Positions 9,876 to 18,310 of a DNA stretch of 64,000 nucleotides are shown here, piece by piece (positions within the stretch are counted from its first letter, which is position 1; each line of letters opens with the position of its first letter). The DNA is taken from NCBI GenBank assembly GCA_913058275.1, contig CAJXQP010000001.1, positions 4,901 to 68,900 on the forward strand. Direction: 5' to 3'. This DNA comes from an uncultured Gammaproteobacteria bacterium (GTDB lineage: Bacteria; Pseudomonadota; Gammaproteobacteria; Pseudomonadales; Pseudohongiellaceae). The notes under the pieces are model-generated. The model worked only from the letters and a program-made list of their open reading frames with translations. It was not told the DNA's origin and did not search any database. Made by a program: the position numbers and the translations under genes.

Positions 9876-11546
9876 ATGGCACAATTTGTTTACACCATGC
9901 ATCAGGTCAGCAAGATCGTCCCGCCGAAACGACAAATTCTAAAAGACATCTCATTGTCTTTTTTCCCTGGGGCAAAGATTGGCGTATTGGGCCTGAATGG
10001 CTCCGGCAAATCGACGCTGCTGCGAATCATGGCCGGTGTAGACAAGGAATTTAACGGAGAGGCACGCGCGCAGTCTGATATCAATATCGGCTACCTACCG
10101 CAGGAGCCGCAACTGGATGAGGATCTGGATGTGCGCGGCAACGTGCAGCAAGGCGTACAGGAGATCATCGGACTCGTAGAGGCGTTCAACGCAATAAGCG
10201 ATAAATTCGCTGAGCCCATGAGCGATGATGAGATGACCGAACTTCTGGAGCAACAAGGCGAGTTACAGACCAAGATCGATACCTGCGATGGCTGGGAGAT
10301 TGAGCGGGTCTTAGAGCGAGCCGCAGATGCTCTGCGCCTGCCGCCATGGGACGCCGAAGTAGGAAAATTGTCCGGAGGAGAGCGACGCCGTGTAGCCCTG
10401 TGCAGGCTGCTACTCAGCAAGCCAGACATGTTGCTGCTCGATGAGCCCACCAACCATCTAGATGCTGAAAGTGTCGGCTGGCTAGAACGCTTCCTGCAGG
10501 ACTATCCAGGTACAGTGGTTGCGATCACTCACGATCGCTATTTTCTCGATAATGCCGCAGGTTGGATTCTCGAATTGGACCGCGGCCATGGCATCCCCTA
10601 CGAAGGCAACTACACTAACTGGCTTGAAACGAAAGAGCAGCGACTGGAGTCCGAAGCTAAGAAAGAAGCCGCCCACGAACGCACTATAAAATCTGAACTG
10701 GAATGGGTGCGAGCGAACCCTAAGGGAAGACAGTCTAAGAGCAAGGCCCGTATCGCGCGCTTCGAGGAACTGAATTCACAAGATTTCCAAAAACGTAATG
10801 AGACGTCTGAATTGTATATCCCTCCTGGCAATCGATTGGGGGATAAAGTCATCGAGGTGAAAGACCTCTGTAAGGGCTTCGCTGACAAGAGCCTGATCGA
10901 GAATCTGAGCTTCTCGGTACCCAAGGGAAGCATCATCGGTATCATCGGTGGTAATGGCGCTGGTAAGACAACATTCTTGCGTATGCTCGTTGGAACAGAA
11001 CAACCCGATAGCGGTTCGATAGAATTAGGAGAGACTGTCGATCTTGCCTATGTCGATCAAAGCCGCGACGAACTCGTTGGAGAGAACACCGTCTGGCAGG
11101 AAATTTCTGATGGACAAGAGCAATTGCAAATAGGCAGGTATGAGGTCTCCTCCAGAGCCTACGCTAGCCGCTTCAACTTCAAGGGCGGCGATCAGCAGAA
11201 ATTTGTAAAAGACTTATCAGGCGGTGAACGCAACCGCTTGCATATGGCTAAGTTGCTCAAGCGCGGCGGCAATGTTCTTCTGTTGGACGAACCCACTAAC
11301 GATCTGGATGTTGAGACTCTGCGCGCCCTCGAAGAAGGCCTGCTCGCCTATCCAGGTTGCGTCATTGTGGTCTCGCACGATCGCTGGTTTCTTGACCGTA
11401 TCTGCACTCACATTCTCGCGTTCGAGGGTGAAAGCGAAGTCACATGGCACGAGGGTAACTACACGGACTATGAGGCGGAACGCAGAAAACGCACCGGCGA
11501 CTCCAACGAACCGACACGTGTTAAGTACAAGAAGTTAAACGGCTAG
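9876..11546 (+). CDS. ettA: Energy-dependent translational throttle protein EttA (ABC-F ATPase)
   Basis: The N-terminus MAQFVYTMHQVSKIVPPKRQILKDISLSFFPGAKIGVLGLNGSGKSTLL is nearly identical to E. coli EttA. Two ABC cassettes. Confidence 0.95.
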   Translation: MAQFVYTMHQVSKIVPPKRQILKDISLSFFPGAKIGVLGLNGSGKSTLLRIMAGVDKEFNGEARAQSDINIGYLPQEPQLDEDLDVRGNVQQGVQEIIGLVEAFNAISDKFAEPMSDDEMTELLEQQGELQTKIDTCDGWEIERVLERAADALRLPPWDAEVGKLSGGERRRVALCRLLLSKPDMLLLDEPTNHLDAESVGWLERFLQDYPGTVVAITHDRYFLDNAAGWILELDRGHGIPYEGNYTNWLETKEQRLESEAKKEAAHERTIKSELEWVRANPKGRQSKSKARIARFEELNSQDFQKRNETSELYIPPGNRLGDKVIEVKDLCKGFADKSLIENLSFSVPKGSIIGIIGGNGAGKTTFLRMLVGTEQPDSGSIELGETVDLAYVDQSRDELVGENTVWQEISDGQEQLQIGRYEVSSRAYASRFNFKGGDQQKFVKDLSGGERNRLHMAKLLKRGGNVLLLDEPTNDLDVETLRALEEGLLAYPGCVIVVSHDRWFLDRICTHILAFEGESEVTWHEGNYTDYEAERRKRTGDSNEPTRVKYKKLNG

Positions 11547-11572
11547 CTTGGGGAAGGGCTTAGTCGCAAGAA

Positions 11573-12286
11573 CTAAAGCCCCAGTTCGTCTCGCATTTTC
11601 GCAAAACGTGCCTTCGCGTCATCCTTGCGCAGTGGGCGCGGGATCTTGTCGGGAAGAGGCGTAGCTACAACCGTTTCTAGCTGCTCACCACTTATCACGC
11701 GCCGGCACAGAAGCTGGTAGTGATAGTCGAACAAAGGAAAGGAGGCCGATTCAGACTCGGAAGCCAGAACAAACCAGCCCGCGCCCTGCCCAGCTAGATA
11801 CACCGCCTCGTGACTCCATGGATAATCGCGCTTAGGAGATGGCGCTCCACAGGCTTCAATATAGGCCTGTCGCGGCGACGGCAATCCAAATAAATCTAAT
11901 CCCTGCTCACAGGCTTTCACCAAGGCTGCTATCGACGGCAGATAATCCTGTGTTCGAATTACCTGCTTTGCCGCATGCACGATCTGTAATGGAGAGTACT
12001 GCTCGAGAGTACCAAGCCAATACTTTTTGGCAATGATTTGGCTTTCCACATCGTTGAAGGCTTTGTGGAATTGATTGTGATAGGCGAACTCAAATTCTGC
12101 GAAGATCTGATTTATCGCATCGACACGGTCGAGCTTGGCGTCGTCGTTAAATTCGCCAGTGGGTTCCGCAACACCTTCGCTAACAACCGCAGCGGATCTA
12201 CTCCGCCCAGCTTCTGTCAGCGATTCGCTGGAATCTTTCTTTAACTCTTTGCTGGCTTGATCCAACAAGGGATTGATTTTCTGCAT
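11573..12286 (-). CDS. Phage lambda P-like (replication protein P family) protein, chromosomal
   Basis: The 237-aa ORF resembles the lambda P family in its central region (INQIFAEFEFAYHNQFHKAF...KKYWLGTL). Its only plausible start (ATG 12286) lies 89 nt inside the upstream gene. Confidence 0.55.
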   Translation of the reverse strand: MQKINPLLDQASKELKKDSSESLTEAGRSRSAAVVSEGVAEPTGEFNDDAKLDRVDAINQIFAEFEFAYHNQFHKAFNDVESQIIAKKYWLGTLEQYSPLQIVHAAKQVIRTQDYLPSIAALVKACEQGLDLFGLPSPRQAYIEACGAPSPKRDYPWSHEAVYLAGQGAGWFVLASESESASFPLFDYHYQLLCRRVISGEQLETVVATPLPDKIPRPLRKDDAKARFAKMRDELGL

Positions 12287-13373
12287 AGCCTACATCTGCA
12301 CCTTCAGTTTGTTTCAGCTGGCGCGCCCAGTCTTGTTTGATGAATTGGAGAAATACCGTGTTCCAAGATGACTTTACCTGCTGACTGTCTTTCCAATACA
12401 TAACGAACTCGGGAATCTTACTCCGAGCATACTCTTCATCGATCTCCGCCAACTGCAATATTTCGAAGCAGTCATTGCTAGGCAGCCAATTTACCTGAAT
12501 TGCTTTCGGCGTATCATCGTAGCCAAATGATGCCGAAAACTTAGCCCACTGTCTGCGTATGTGCTCAAGGAACTTCGTATTCCAAGCACCATTAACCATG
12601 CCCCGCTCGCGCCAGTAGAGCACAAACTCAGGGATAGCATCTTCTATAAAGCTGCTGTTAATGTCAGAAATCTCGAGGATGCCAACCGCATCCTCGCTAG
12701 GACGCCATGTGGCGGACATCTCAGTGGCTAGCTCAAAAGCCCCCTTGCGAGTTTGTTCGTTACGCCATTCCTTTAACACGTGCTTATAGAATGCGTTTCC
12801 CCAAGAAAAACGCGCTTGAGCACGGTCACGCCAATAGCTAACGAACTCGGGGATAAGGGCATTCACAAATTCTTCTGGCACATTGTGCTGCTGGCATTTC
12901 TTGATCCAATCCAGACTCGGCTGCCAATTCGGCTCTATCAACGAGGCACTGCCGCTACTGGGAATCGAGGGTGTTGGATTCTTAGCTGCAACTCGAGACA
13001 CTTCAGGCTGCATGCTAGGCGCAGACTGAATCCTCGCAAAATTGTTGTCTGCAGACTCGTTACTGGGATCGTCTATTGCATAGAAGCTAGTGCGTGACTC
13101 TGCAATTTGGTCGACAACTATGAGCCCCAAATTTTGTAAGCTGTTCTGTACTCGGCGAATGTCCACAGCGCCCCAGAAAGGAAAGGCAGTCTGAAAATCG
13201 CTGTCGCTAAGCACGGCCCATTCGAGGCTCGGGTTCGAAGCACGCCGACAGATTTCCTTACCGTGGATTAGCTCGGCCAACACTTGCAGCATGACCGCCT
13301 CCTCCAAGCCTATGGTCGCCGCTAGGGTCGGCGATATAATCAAGGGTCGTTCTGGCAGCAGTGAAGATTTCAT
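12198..13373 (-). CDS. DnaT-domain protein: N-terminal wHTH-like region plus three tandem DnaT-like repeats
   Basis: Three ~55-aa repeats with a ~73-aa period: W.PS...PEF(V)(S/L/M)YW(R/K)(D/E)...(S/A)W(G/N)..F...(L/I)...W. Confidence 0.65.
   Translation of the reverse strand: MKSSLLPERPLIISPTLAATIGLEEAVMLQVLAELIHGKEICRRASNPSLEWAVLSDSDFQTAFPFWGAVDIRRVQNSLQNLGLIVVDQIAESRTSFYAIDDPSNESADNNFARIQSAPSMQPEVSRVAAKNPTPSIPSSGSASLIEPNWQPSLDWIKKCQQHNVPEEFVNALIPEFVSYWRDRAQARFSWGNAFYKHVLKEWRNEQTRKGAFELATEMSATWRPSEDAVGILEISDINSSFIEDAIPEFVLYWRERGMVNGAWNTKFLEHIRRQWAKFSASFGYDDTPKAIQVNWLPSNDCFEILQLAEIDEEYARSKIPEFVMYWKDSQQVKSSWNTVFLQFIKQDWARQLKQTEGADVGYAENQSLVGSSQQRVKERFQRIADRSWAE
12321..12926 (-). repeat. Three tandem intragenic repeats encoding DnaT-like modules (about aa 150-205, 223-277, 296-351)
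   Basis: Aligning the translated repeats directly shows IPEFVSYWRDR.. / IPEFVLYWRER.. / IPEFVMYWKDS.. with conserved W positions. Confidence 0.8.
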
Positions 13374-13579
13374 TTAGCGTTGAATCGGTTGTTGTGCTAA
13401 GAGTTAGATACTCTTGACTAGGTGTTAAGAACTAGACGAAAAGAGATAAGTTTGTGTAGCTGCAGTAGAAGTTGATTTACTGATTCGATGCTAACACAGG
13501 ATGTTTTGTGAACACACCGAACAGTGTTCACAGAATCAATTTTTGCCTTTGCAATTTCTTAGCTGTTAACCTACGCACA

Positions 13580-14458
13580 ATGTATCAACAGCTTATTAAA
13601 GATTTTATCCAGCGCGAGCGTCTCCCAACCACTTATTTGCCGGATGCGACGCTGTGCTTCTTGCCGCTGCTTCACGATATAGAAGCCAAGCTTCAATCGA
13701 GCCGGCAAGGTCCACTGCTAATCGGCATCAACGGCGCCCAAGGAACGGGGAAATCTACGCTGGCGAAATTACTGAGCTCCCTGCTTACGAGCAACGGTCG
13801 GCGCTCGGCCAACCTCTCTATCGATGACTTCTACTATTCCAAGGCAAAACGGCAGGAATTGGCGGACGAAATTCATCCGCTATTACGATCACGCGGCGTG
13901 CCCGGCACCCACGATGTAGATCTCGCGCTGCACTTGCTGGAACAACTCGCCGAGGCAGGCCCAAGGCAGAAAATCACTCTTCCGAGATTTGACAAGTCTG
14001 TCGATGACTGCTGCCCCCTTGATGCCCGCGAACAACTACGCGGGCCAGTAGAGGTTATCATTCTCGAAGGCTGGTTCGTCGGGGTAAAGCCACAACCAAA
14101 GGATAAGCTCACCTCGGCCATCAATGAACTAGAAAGCAAAGAGGACAGCGACGCTCGCTGGCGCACCTACGTCAATCAACAACTGGCAGGGAGCTACCAA
14201 TCTGTATTCGAACAAATCCACATGTTGCTGATGTTACAAGCACCCGGATTCGAACAAGTCTTAGAATGGCGTAGCATGCAAGAAGAGAAGCTGCGAGCGA
14301 TTGCTGCGAAGGATGCTAGCGGGCTGATGGACCGCCAGGCCATCGAACGATTCATTCAGCATTTTGAACGCCTAACGCGGCACTGCTTGCTGACACTTCC
14401 CGATTCGGCAGACCGGGTTTTTCGGCTCGATGCGGAGCATCGCATCCACCTTTGTTAA
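13580..14458 (+). CDS. P-loop kinase (D-glycerate 3-kinase / uridine-kinase-like fold)
   Basis: Walker A motif GINGAQGTGKST. I trimmed the start to ATG 13580 (MYQQLIKDF) because the upstream 24 codons look non-coding. Confidence 0.55.
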   Translation: MYQQLIKDFIQRERLPTTYLPDATLCFLPLLHDIEAKLQSSRQGPLLIGINGAQGTGKSTLAKLLSSLLTSNGRRSANLSIDDFYYSKAKRQELADEIHPLLRSRGVPGTHDVDLALHLLEQLAEAGPRQKITLPRFDKSVDDCCPLDAREQLRGPVEVIILEGWFVGVKPQPKDKLTSAINELESKEDSDARWRTYVNQQLAGSYQSVFEQIHMLLMLQAPGFEQVLEWRSMQEEKLRAIAAKDASGLMDRQAIERFIQHFERLTRHCLLTLPDSADRVFRLDAEHRIHLC

Positions 14459-14476
14459 ATTCAAGATAACCCTAAG

Positions 14477-15544
14477 CTAGGTCGACTCGACCATCTCCGA
14501 TTTAGGAGCCTTACTCTCCTTACTCGCGAACAAGGGCTGCACCCAAACTCGCGCGAGTAATGCGCACAACAACACAGCAGCTAACTGCCTCCACAGCGGG
14601 AAACTCTCGCCGTGCGCCATCATCGAAATCTGCAGCTCCCAGCCGTAGAAAGCATAGAGTTGGTTCAGCATAAGCCCACACGCTATTGCAGTCACGATCA
14701 CGCCTATCATATAGGCGATTAGTGAACGCATACCTAACTGCTCCTTAATCACACCCATGGTTGCTATATTCGTGGCGGGGCCGGTCAGCATAAACACCAA
14801 AGCGGCGCCGGGTGAGATGCCAGCGAAGAGCAAGCCTGCGGCGACGGGAGTCGAGGCTGTTGCACAGATATACATAGGTAGGCCTACGATTACCATGACG
14901 ATCATGGCCAGCAAACCATCTCCCCACTGCAGGAAGAACGATTGCGGCACGACAGCGGTAATGATGGTTGCCGCCACCAAGCCGATTACCAGCCATTTCG
15001 CCGTATCGGAAATCATCCGGCCATAGCCGTATTGCAACGCGCTGATCAATTTCTTGCCTAGGCTGGGTTCTGTCTCAAGCTGTTCTTTTTTCTCACTGTG
15101 GCAGCAACTGCTTTCGGCCTTAACTGGTTCTGCTACCTCGTCCTCTTTGTCGAAGCTATTCACCAACACTCCGGCAATGATCGCGCTAGTCAGCGCTGCA
15201 ACAGGCCTCGCTATCGCAAATACTGGACCGAGGACCGCATAAGAAAAAGAGATCGAATCAACACCTGTTTCTGGAGTAGCCACTAAAAAAGAAGATGTGG
15301 CACCTTTTGATGCTCCTGCTTTGCGCACAGCCAACGCAGTAGGAATCACTCCACAGGAACACAGCGGCAAAGGCGCTCCAATAAGCGCGCCCTTTACGAT
15401 GGAGACGAAGCCCGGCTTTGCCAACTGCTTGTGCACCCACTCGCTAGGAATAACCTGCGAGATTATCCCCGCCAACAAATAACCGATGAGCAGCCAAGGC
15501 GCACTCTCGACAAGCAAATTCCAAAAAATCGTCAGTAAGCTCAT
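14477..15544 (-). CDS. Cysteine-motif permease (predicted metal efflux permease, ArsP/SO_0444-like family)
   Basis: Polytopic membrane protein with an LPLCSCGVIP motif and a central Cys/His loop (SSCCHSEKKE). It lies 26 bp downstream of zntR on the same strand. Confidence 0.65.
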   Translation of the reverse strand: MSLLTIFWNLLVESAPWLLIGYLLAGIISQVIPSEWVHKQLAKPGFVSIVKGALIGAPLPLCSCGVIPTALAVRKAGASKGATSSFLVATPETGVDSISFSYAVLGPVFAIARPVAALTSAIIAGVLVNSFDKEDEVAEPVKAESSCCHSEKKEQLETEPSLGKKLISALQYGYGRMISDTAKWLVIGLVAATIITAVVPQSFFLQWGDGLLAMIVMVIVGLPMYICATASTPVAAGLLFAGISPGAALVFMLTGPATNIATMGVIKEQLGMRSLIAYMIGVIVTAIACGLMLNQLYAFYGWELQISMMAHGESFPLWRQLAAVLLCALLARVWVQPLFASKESKAPKSEMVEST

Positions 15545-15570
15545 TTGATTAACCTCGCTTCGTTATTGTC

Positions 15571-15981
15571 TTATCTAGGTAGCCCCGCATCGAGGGCCTC
15601 CATGATCGAGCAGTGGGTTGCATTCTCGGGGCCACCGCAGCAGCTGGCCAACAGCAGCTCTAGTGTCTGTTGCATAGATTGCAACTCTGCCAATTTGGCG
15701 TTTACCTCAAGCAGCTTCTTCTGGGTGATGTCAGTAACGTCCTGACAGCTGTGGCTGCGCTTATCCACTCGTATGGAGAGCAGCTGGCCGATATCCGCTA
15801 GAGAGAACCCGGTATTGCGCGCCGTCTTTACGAACTGCACACGACGCACGTCAGAATCGGTATAGAAGCGATAACCCGCCTCACTTCGATTGCTGGCATT
15901 AATCAGGCCGTGCTTCTCGTAATAGCGCAGGGTGTGGGCTGAAAGCCCCGTCTGCTGAGAGAGTTCACTAATTTTCAACAT
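15571..15981 (-). CDS. zntR: MerR-family Zn(II)/Cd(II)-responsive regulator ZntR
   Basis: HTH (ELSQQTGLSAHTLRYYEKHGLI) and metal ligands placed as in E. coli ZntR (HSCQ ... ELQSMQ ... SCCGGPENATHCSIMEAL). Confidence 0.8.
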   Translation of the reverse strand: MLKISELSQQTGLSAHTLRYYEKHGLINASNRSEAGYRFYTDSDVRRVQFVKTARNTGFSLADIGQLLSIRVDKRSHSCQDVTDITQKKLLEVNAKLAELQSMQQTLELLLASCCGGPENATHCSIMEALDAGLPR

Positions 15982-16026
15982 GTTCTCGATCCCAAAATCT
16001 ACGCCAATTGGCTAAAACTTGGTACA

Positions 16027-16057
16027 AGTATAACCTTAGAGCTGACTCTAAGGTCAA
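16027..16057 (-). promoter_or_regulatory. MerR-type promoter/operator: -35 TTGACC, 19-bp spacer with a perfect 9-bp dyad, -10 TATACT
   Basis: The minus strand reads TTGACC-TTAGAGTCAGCTCTAAGGT-TATACT. The dyad ACCTTAGAG(ctga)CTCTAAGGT spans 16033-16054. The -10 lies about 45 nt upstream of the zntR ATG. Confidence 0.8.
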
Positions 16058-16119
16058 TAGTTGATTTACTACAAATGGCTTTGCAGGCGCAGAACCTAGC
16101 TATGCACTCTGCGATAATT

Positions 16120-16785
16120 TTAACTGAGAGTACGACCTATCCAGTCAGCTATATCCACGATCTGCGGGGGACACAGGGAATGCTCCATGGGATAGCTGTT
16201 GTATTCTGGCTCGAATCCTAGGTTTTTCAGTGTAGCTACGCTCTTCTGCCCTAGTGCCTCGGCAACTACCGGGTCCATGCTGCCGTGGCAGACCAATATC
16301 GGCATACCGCTTTGGATGGGATTTACCTTGATGCTGTCCGCTGTCGCGAAATAGGTTGATAGAGCCATTATTCCCGCCAAGGGCTTTGGATAGGTCAATC
16401 CGGCTTCGAAGGAAACTGCCCCGCCCTGCGAGAAGCCAGCAACGATGATGCGGCTGCTGTCGACACCGCGCTCGATCTCTCTATCGATAAGCGCATGCAC
16501 GCTGGCTGCTGATTGCTGTAGCTGCTCTTCATCGACGTGTCGATCGATATTCATTTCCTTAATATCGTACCAAGCAGGCATTACGAAGCCATTGTTGATA
16601 GATACCGGGATTGATGGCGCATGAGGGAAAATAAAACGTATCCCAAAACTGTCAGGCAGGTTTAATTGCGGCACGAGCGGCGCAAAGTCACTTCCATCCG
16701 CACCAAGACCGTGCAACCAAATAATTGATGCATTCACAGCCGCACCATTCGGCGAGTCCGTCTCAATTGCAGGTAGTAATTCCAT
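16120..16785 (-). CDS. Carboxylesterase / phospholipase family alpha/beta hydrolase
   Basis: GFSQGG nucleophile elbow, WLHGLGADG, CHGSMDPVV. I trimmed the start to ATG 16785 (MELLPAIE), which gives a typical ~220-aa protein. Confidence 0.75.
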   Translation of the reverse strand: MELLPAIETDSPNGAAVNASIIWLHGLGADGSDFAPLVPQLNLPDSFGIRFIFPHAPSIPVSINNGFVMPAWYDIKEMNIDRHVDEEQLQQSAASVHALIDREIERGVDSSRIIVAGFSQGGAVSFEAGLTYPKPLAGIMALSTYFATADSIKVNPIQSGMPILVCHGSMDPVVAEALGQKSVATLKNLGFEPEYNSYPMEHSLCPPQIVDIADWIGRTLS

Positions 16786-16992
16786 AGCGCTTCTTCCCCG
16801 TTTTAATGTCATCCTGATTACACACCAGCACCTTATCTCAGGCGTTGGGCAAATCGAGTTTATAGCAGGCACAGTATCGACTCGCAACTCATGAATTGCG
16901 ATTTTCATCTTCGGGTTTCTGTGTTTTACTCATTGCCAATCGGTAGTGCAGACCAGATACACAATAATAGTTTACATTTGCGTTGGAATAAA

Positions 16993-18255
16993 ATGACGAA
17001 AATATCAGAACAGAAAAATAGCTTTGCCAAGTCTAGGAGTGTTCCAGTTTCCTTACTGGCAGCCTTCTTGTTGTTTTCAGCTTTTGCTTCAGGCCCATTC
17101 GCTTTCGCGCAGGAACAGAGCGACCCACGTTGGGTTACTACTTGGAGTACTTCGCCAAGCACTCTGCCCGGAAACGATAACCCCGACGATAGTCCGCAAA
17201 ATCAAACACTGCGTTTAATCGTCCACAGCAGCGTAGGTGGCGAAAGCGTGCGCATTCGTCTAAGCAATGCCCATGGCAATGAAGCGATACAAATTGGCGC
17301 TGCTAGCATTGCATTGCAATCTGAGGGAAGTTCAATCCAGTCAGGTACTAATAAGCCGCTGCAATTCGCGGGCCAGTCCTCTGTCTCTATACCCAAAGGT
17401 GCAGTTGTTTTTAGCGATCCACTCAACTATGACCTGCCCGAGATGACAAACCTGAGCATTAGTCTCTATCTTCCGCAGGGCAACGGATTTCTAACTGCGC
17501 ATGCGCTTTCGAATCAAACCAACTATATGTCGGAGGGCTCAGATCAGACTAACTCTGTGAACTTCACCGACCAAACGGAAACTGCGGCCTGGCCTTTACT
17601 TACTGCCATCGACGTAATTAATAGCAATTCGATTTCTGCAATCGCCGTAGTAGGAGATTCCATCACCGATGGCTGGGGATCTACCGCGAGCGCCAACCAG
17701 CGTTGGCCTAACCAATTCACAAGAAGACTCTTCGCAGACAGTGGCTCCAAAAAGTATGCCGTGGTGAACGCAGGCATAAGCGGCAATAGAGTAACGACTC
17801 AGGGCAACTCGCTCTTCGGGCAGAACCTACAGGCTCGCTTCGAACGCGATGTACTAGCGCTAAGCAACGTGACTCATATGGTCCTCATGGAGGGCATCAA
17901 CGACATAGGCATGTCTCCCAGCGGGAGTTTAATATCAGCTGCACAAGTCATCGGTGGCTATCGGCAGATCATAGCCCGCGCTCACGCCCAAGGAATAGAA
18001 GTTATAGGGGCTACCCTCACTCCCTATGAAGGCGCGGCCTACTTCACGCCCAAAGGAGAACTCGTAAGACAGGAGATCAATGACTTCATTCGCAGCGGCG
18101 GGGAGTTCGACGGCGTTATCGATTTTGAGAAGGCCGTACAGGACCCCGCGAACCCTAGTCGAATCCTTCCCGAATTTACCGAAGACAATTTGCACCCCAA
18201 CGATGCCGGCTATGCAGCGATGGCTAATATCGTCGAGCTCGATCTATTCGATTAA
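16993..18255 (+). CDS. Exported SGNH/GDSL hydrolase with an N-terminal beta-rich domain
   Basis: Signal peptide after ATG 16993 (..LLAAFLLFSAFASGPFAFA), GDS block VVGDSITDGWGS, and C-terminal DNLHPNDAGY (DxxH). Confidence 0.75.
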   Translation: MTKISEQKNSFAKSRSVPVSLLAAFLLFSAFASGPFAFAQEQSDPRWVTTWSTSPSTLPGNDNPDDSPQNQTLRLIVHSSVGGESVRIRLSNAHGNEAIQIGAASIALQSEGSSIQSGTNKPLQFAGQSSVSIPKGAVVFSDPLNYDLPEMTNLSISLYLPQGNGFLTAHALSNQTNYMSEGSDQTNSVNFTDQTETAAWPLLTAIDVINSNSISAIAVVGDSITDGWGSTASANQRWPNQFTRRLFADSGSKKYAVVNAGISGNRVTTQGNSLFGQNLQARFERDVLALSNVTHMVLMEGINDIGMSPSGSLISAAQVIGGYRQIIARAHAQGIEVIGATLTPYEGAAYFTPKGELVRQEINDFIRSGGEFDGVIDFEKAVQDPANPSRILPEFTEDNLHPNDAGYAAMANIVELDLFD

Positions 18256-18310
18256 ATGGTTGGGAATAGAGCTTATTTAAAAACCAAGCACTAATTAAAA
18301 AAGATAAACA

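Noticed and set aside
13468-13479. The 12-mer AGTTGATTTACT is shared between the 13.4-kb promoter region and the zntR upstream region (16059-16070).
   Set aside because: Many chance 12-mer repeats are expected in a 64-kb window, and there is no further flanking similarity.
16786-16992. Long N-terminal extensions of the esterase ORF (to 16908) and the SGNH hydrolase ORF (from 16891), which would make the two divergent genes overlap.
   Set aside because: The extensions lack homology. Internal ATGs (16785 and 16993) give a normal-length esterase and a proper signal peptide, so I trimmed both genes.
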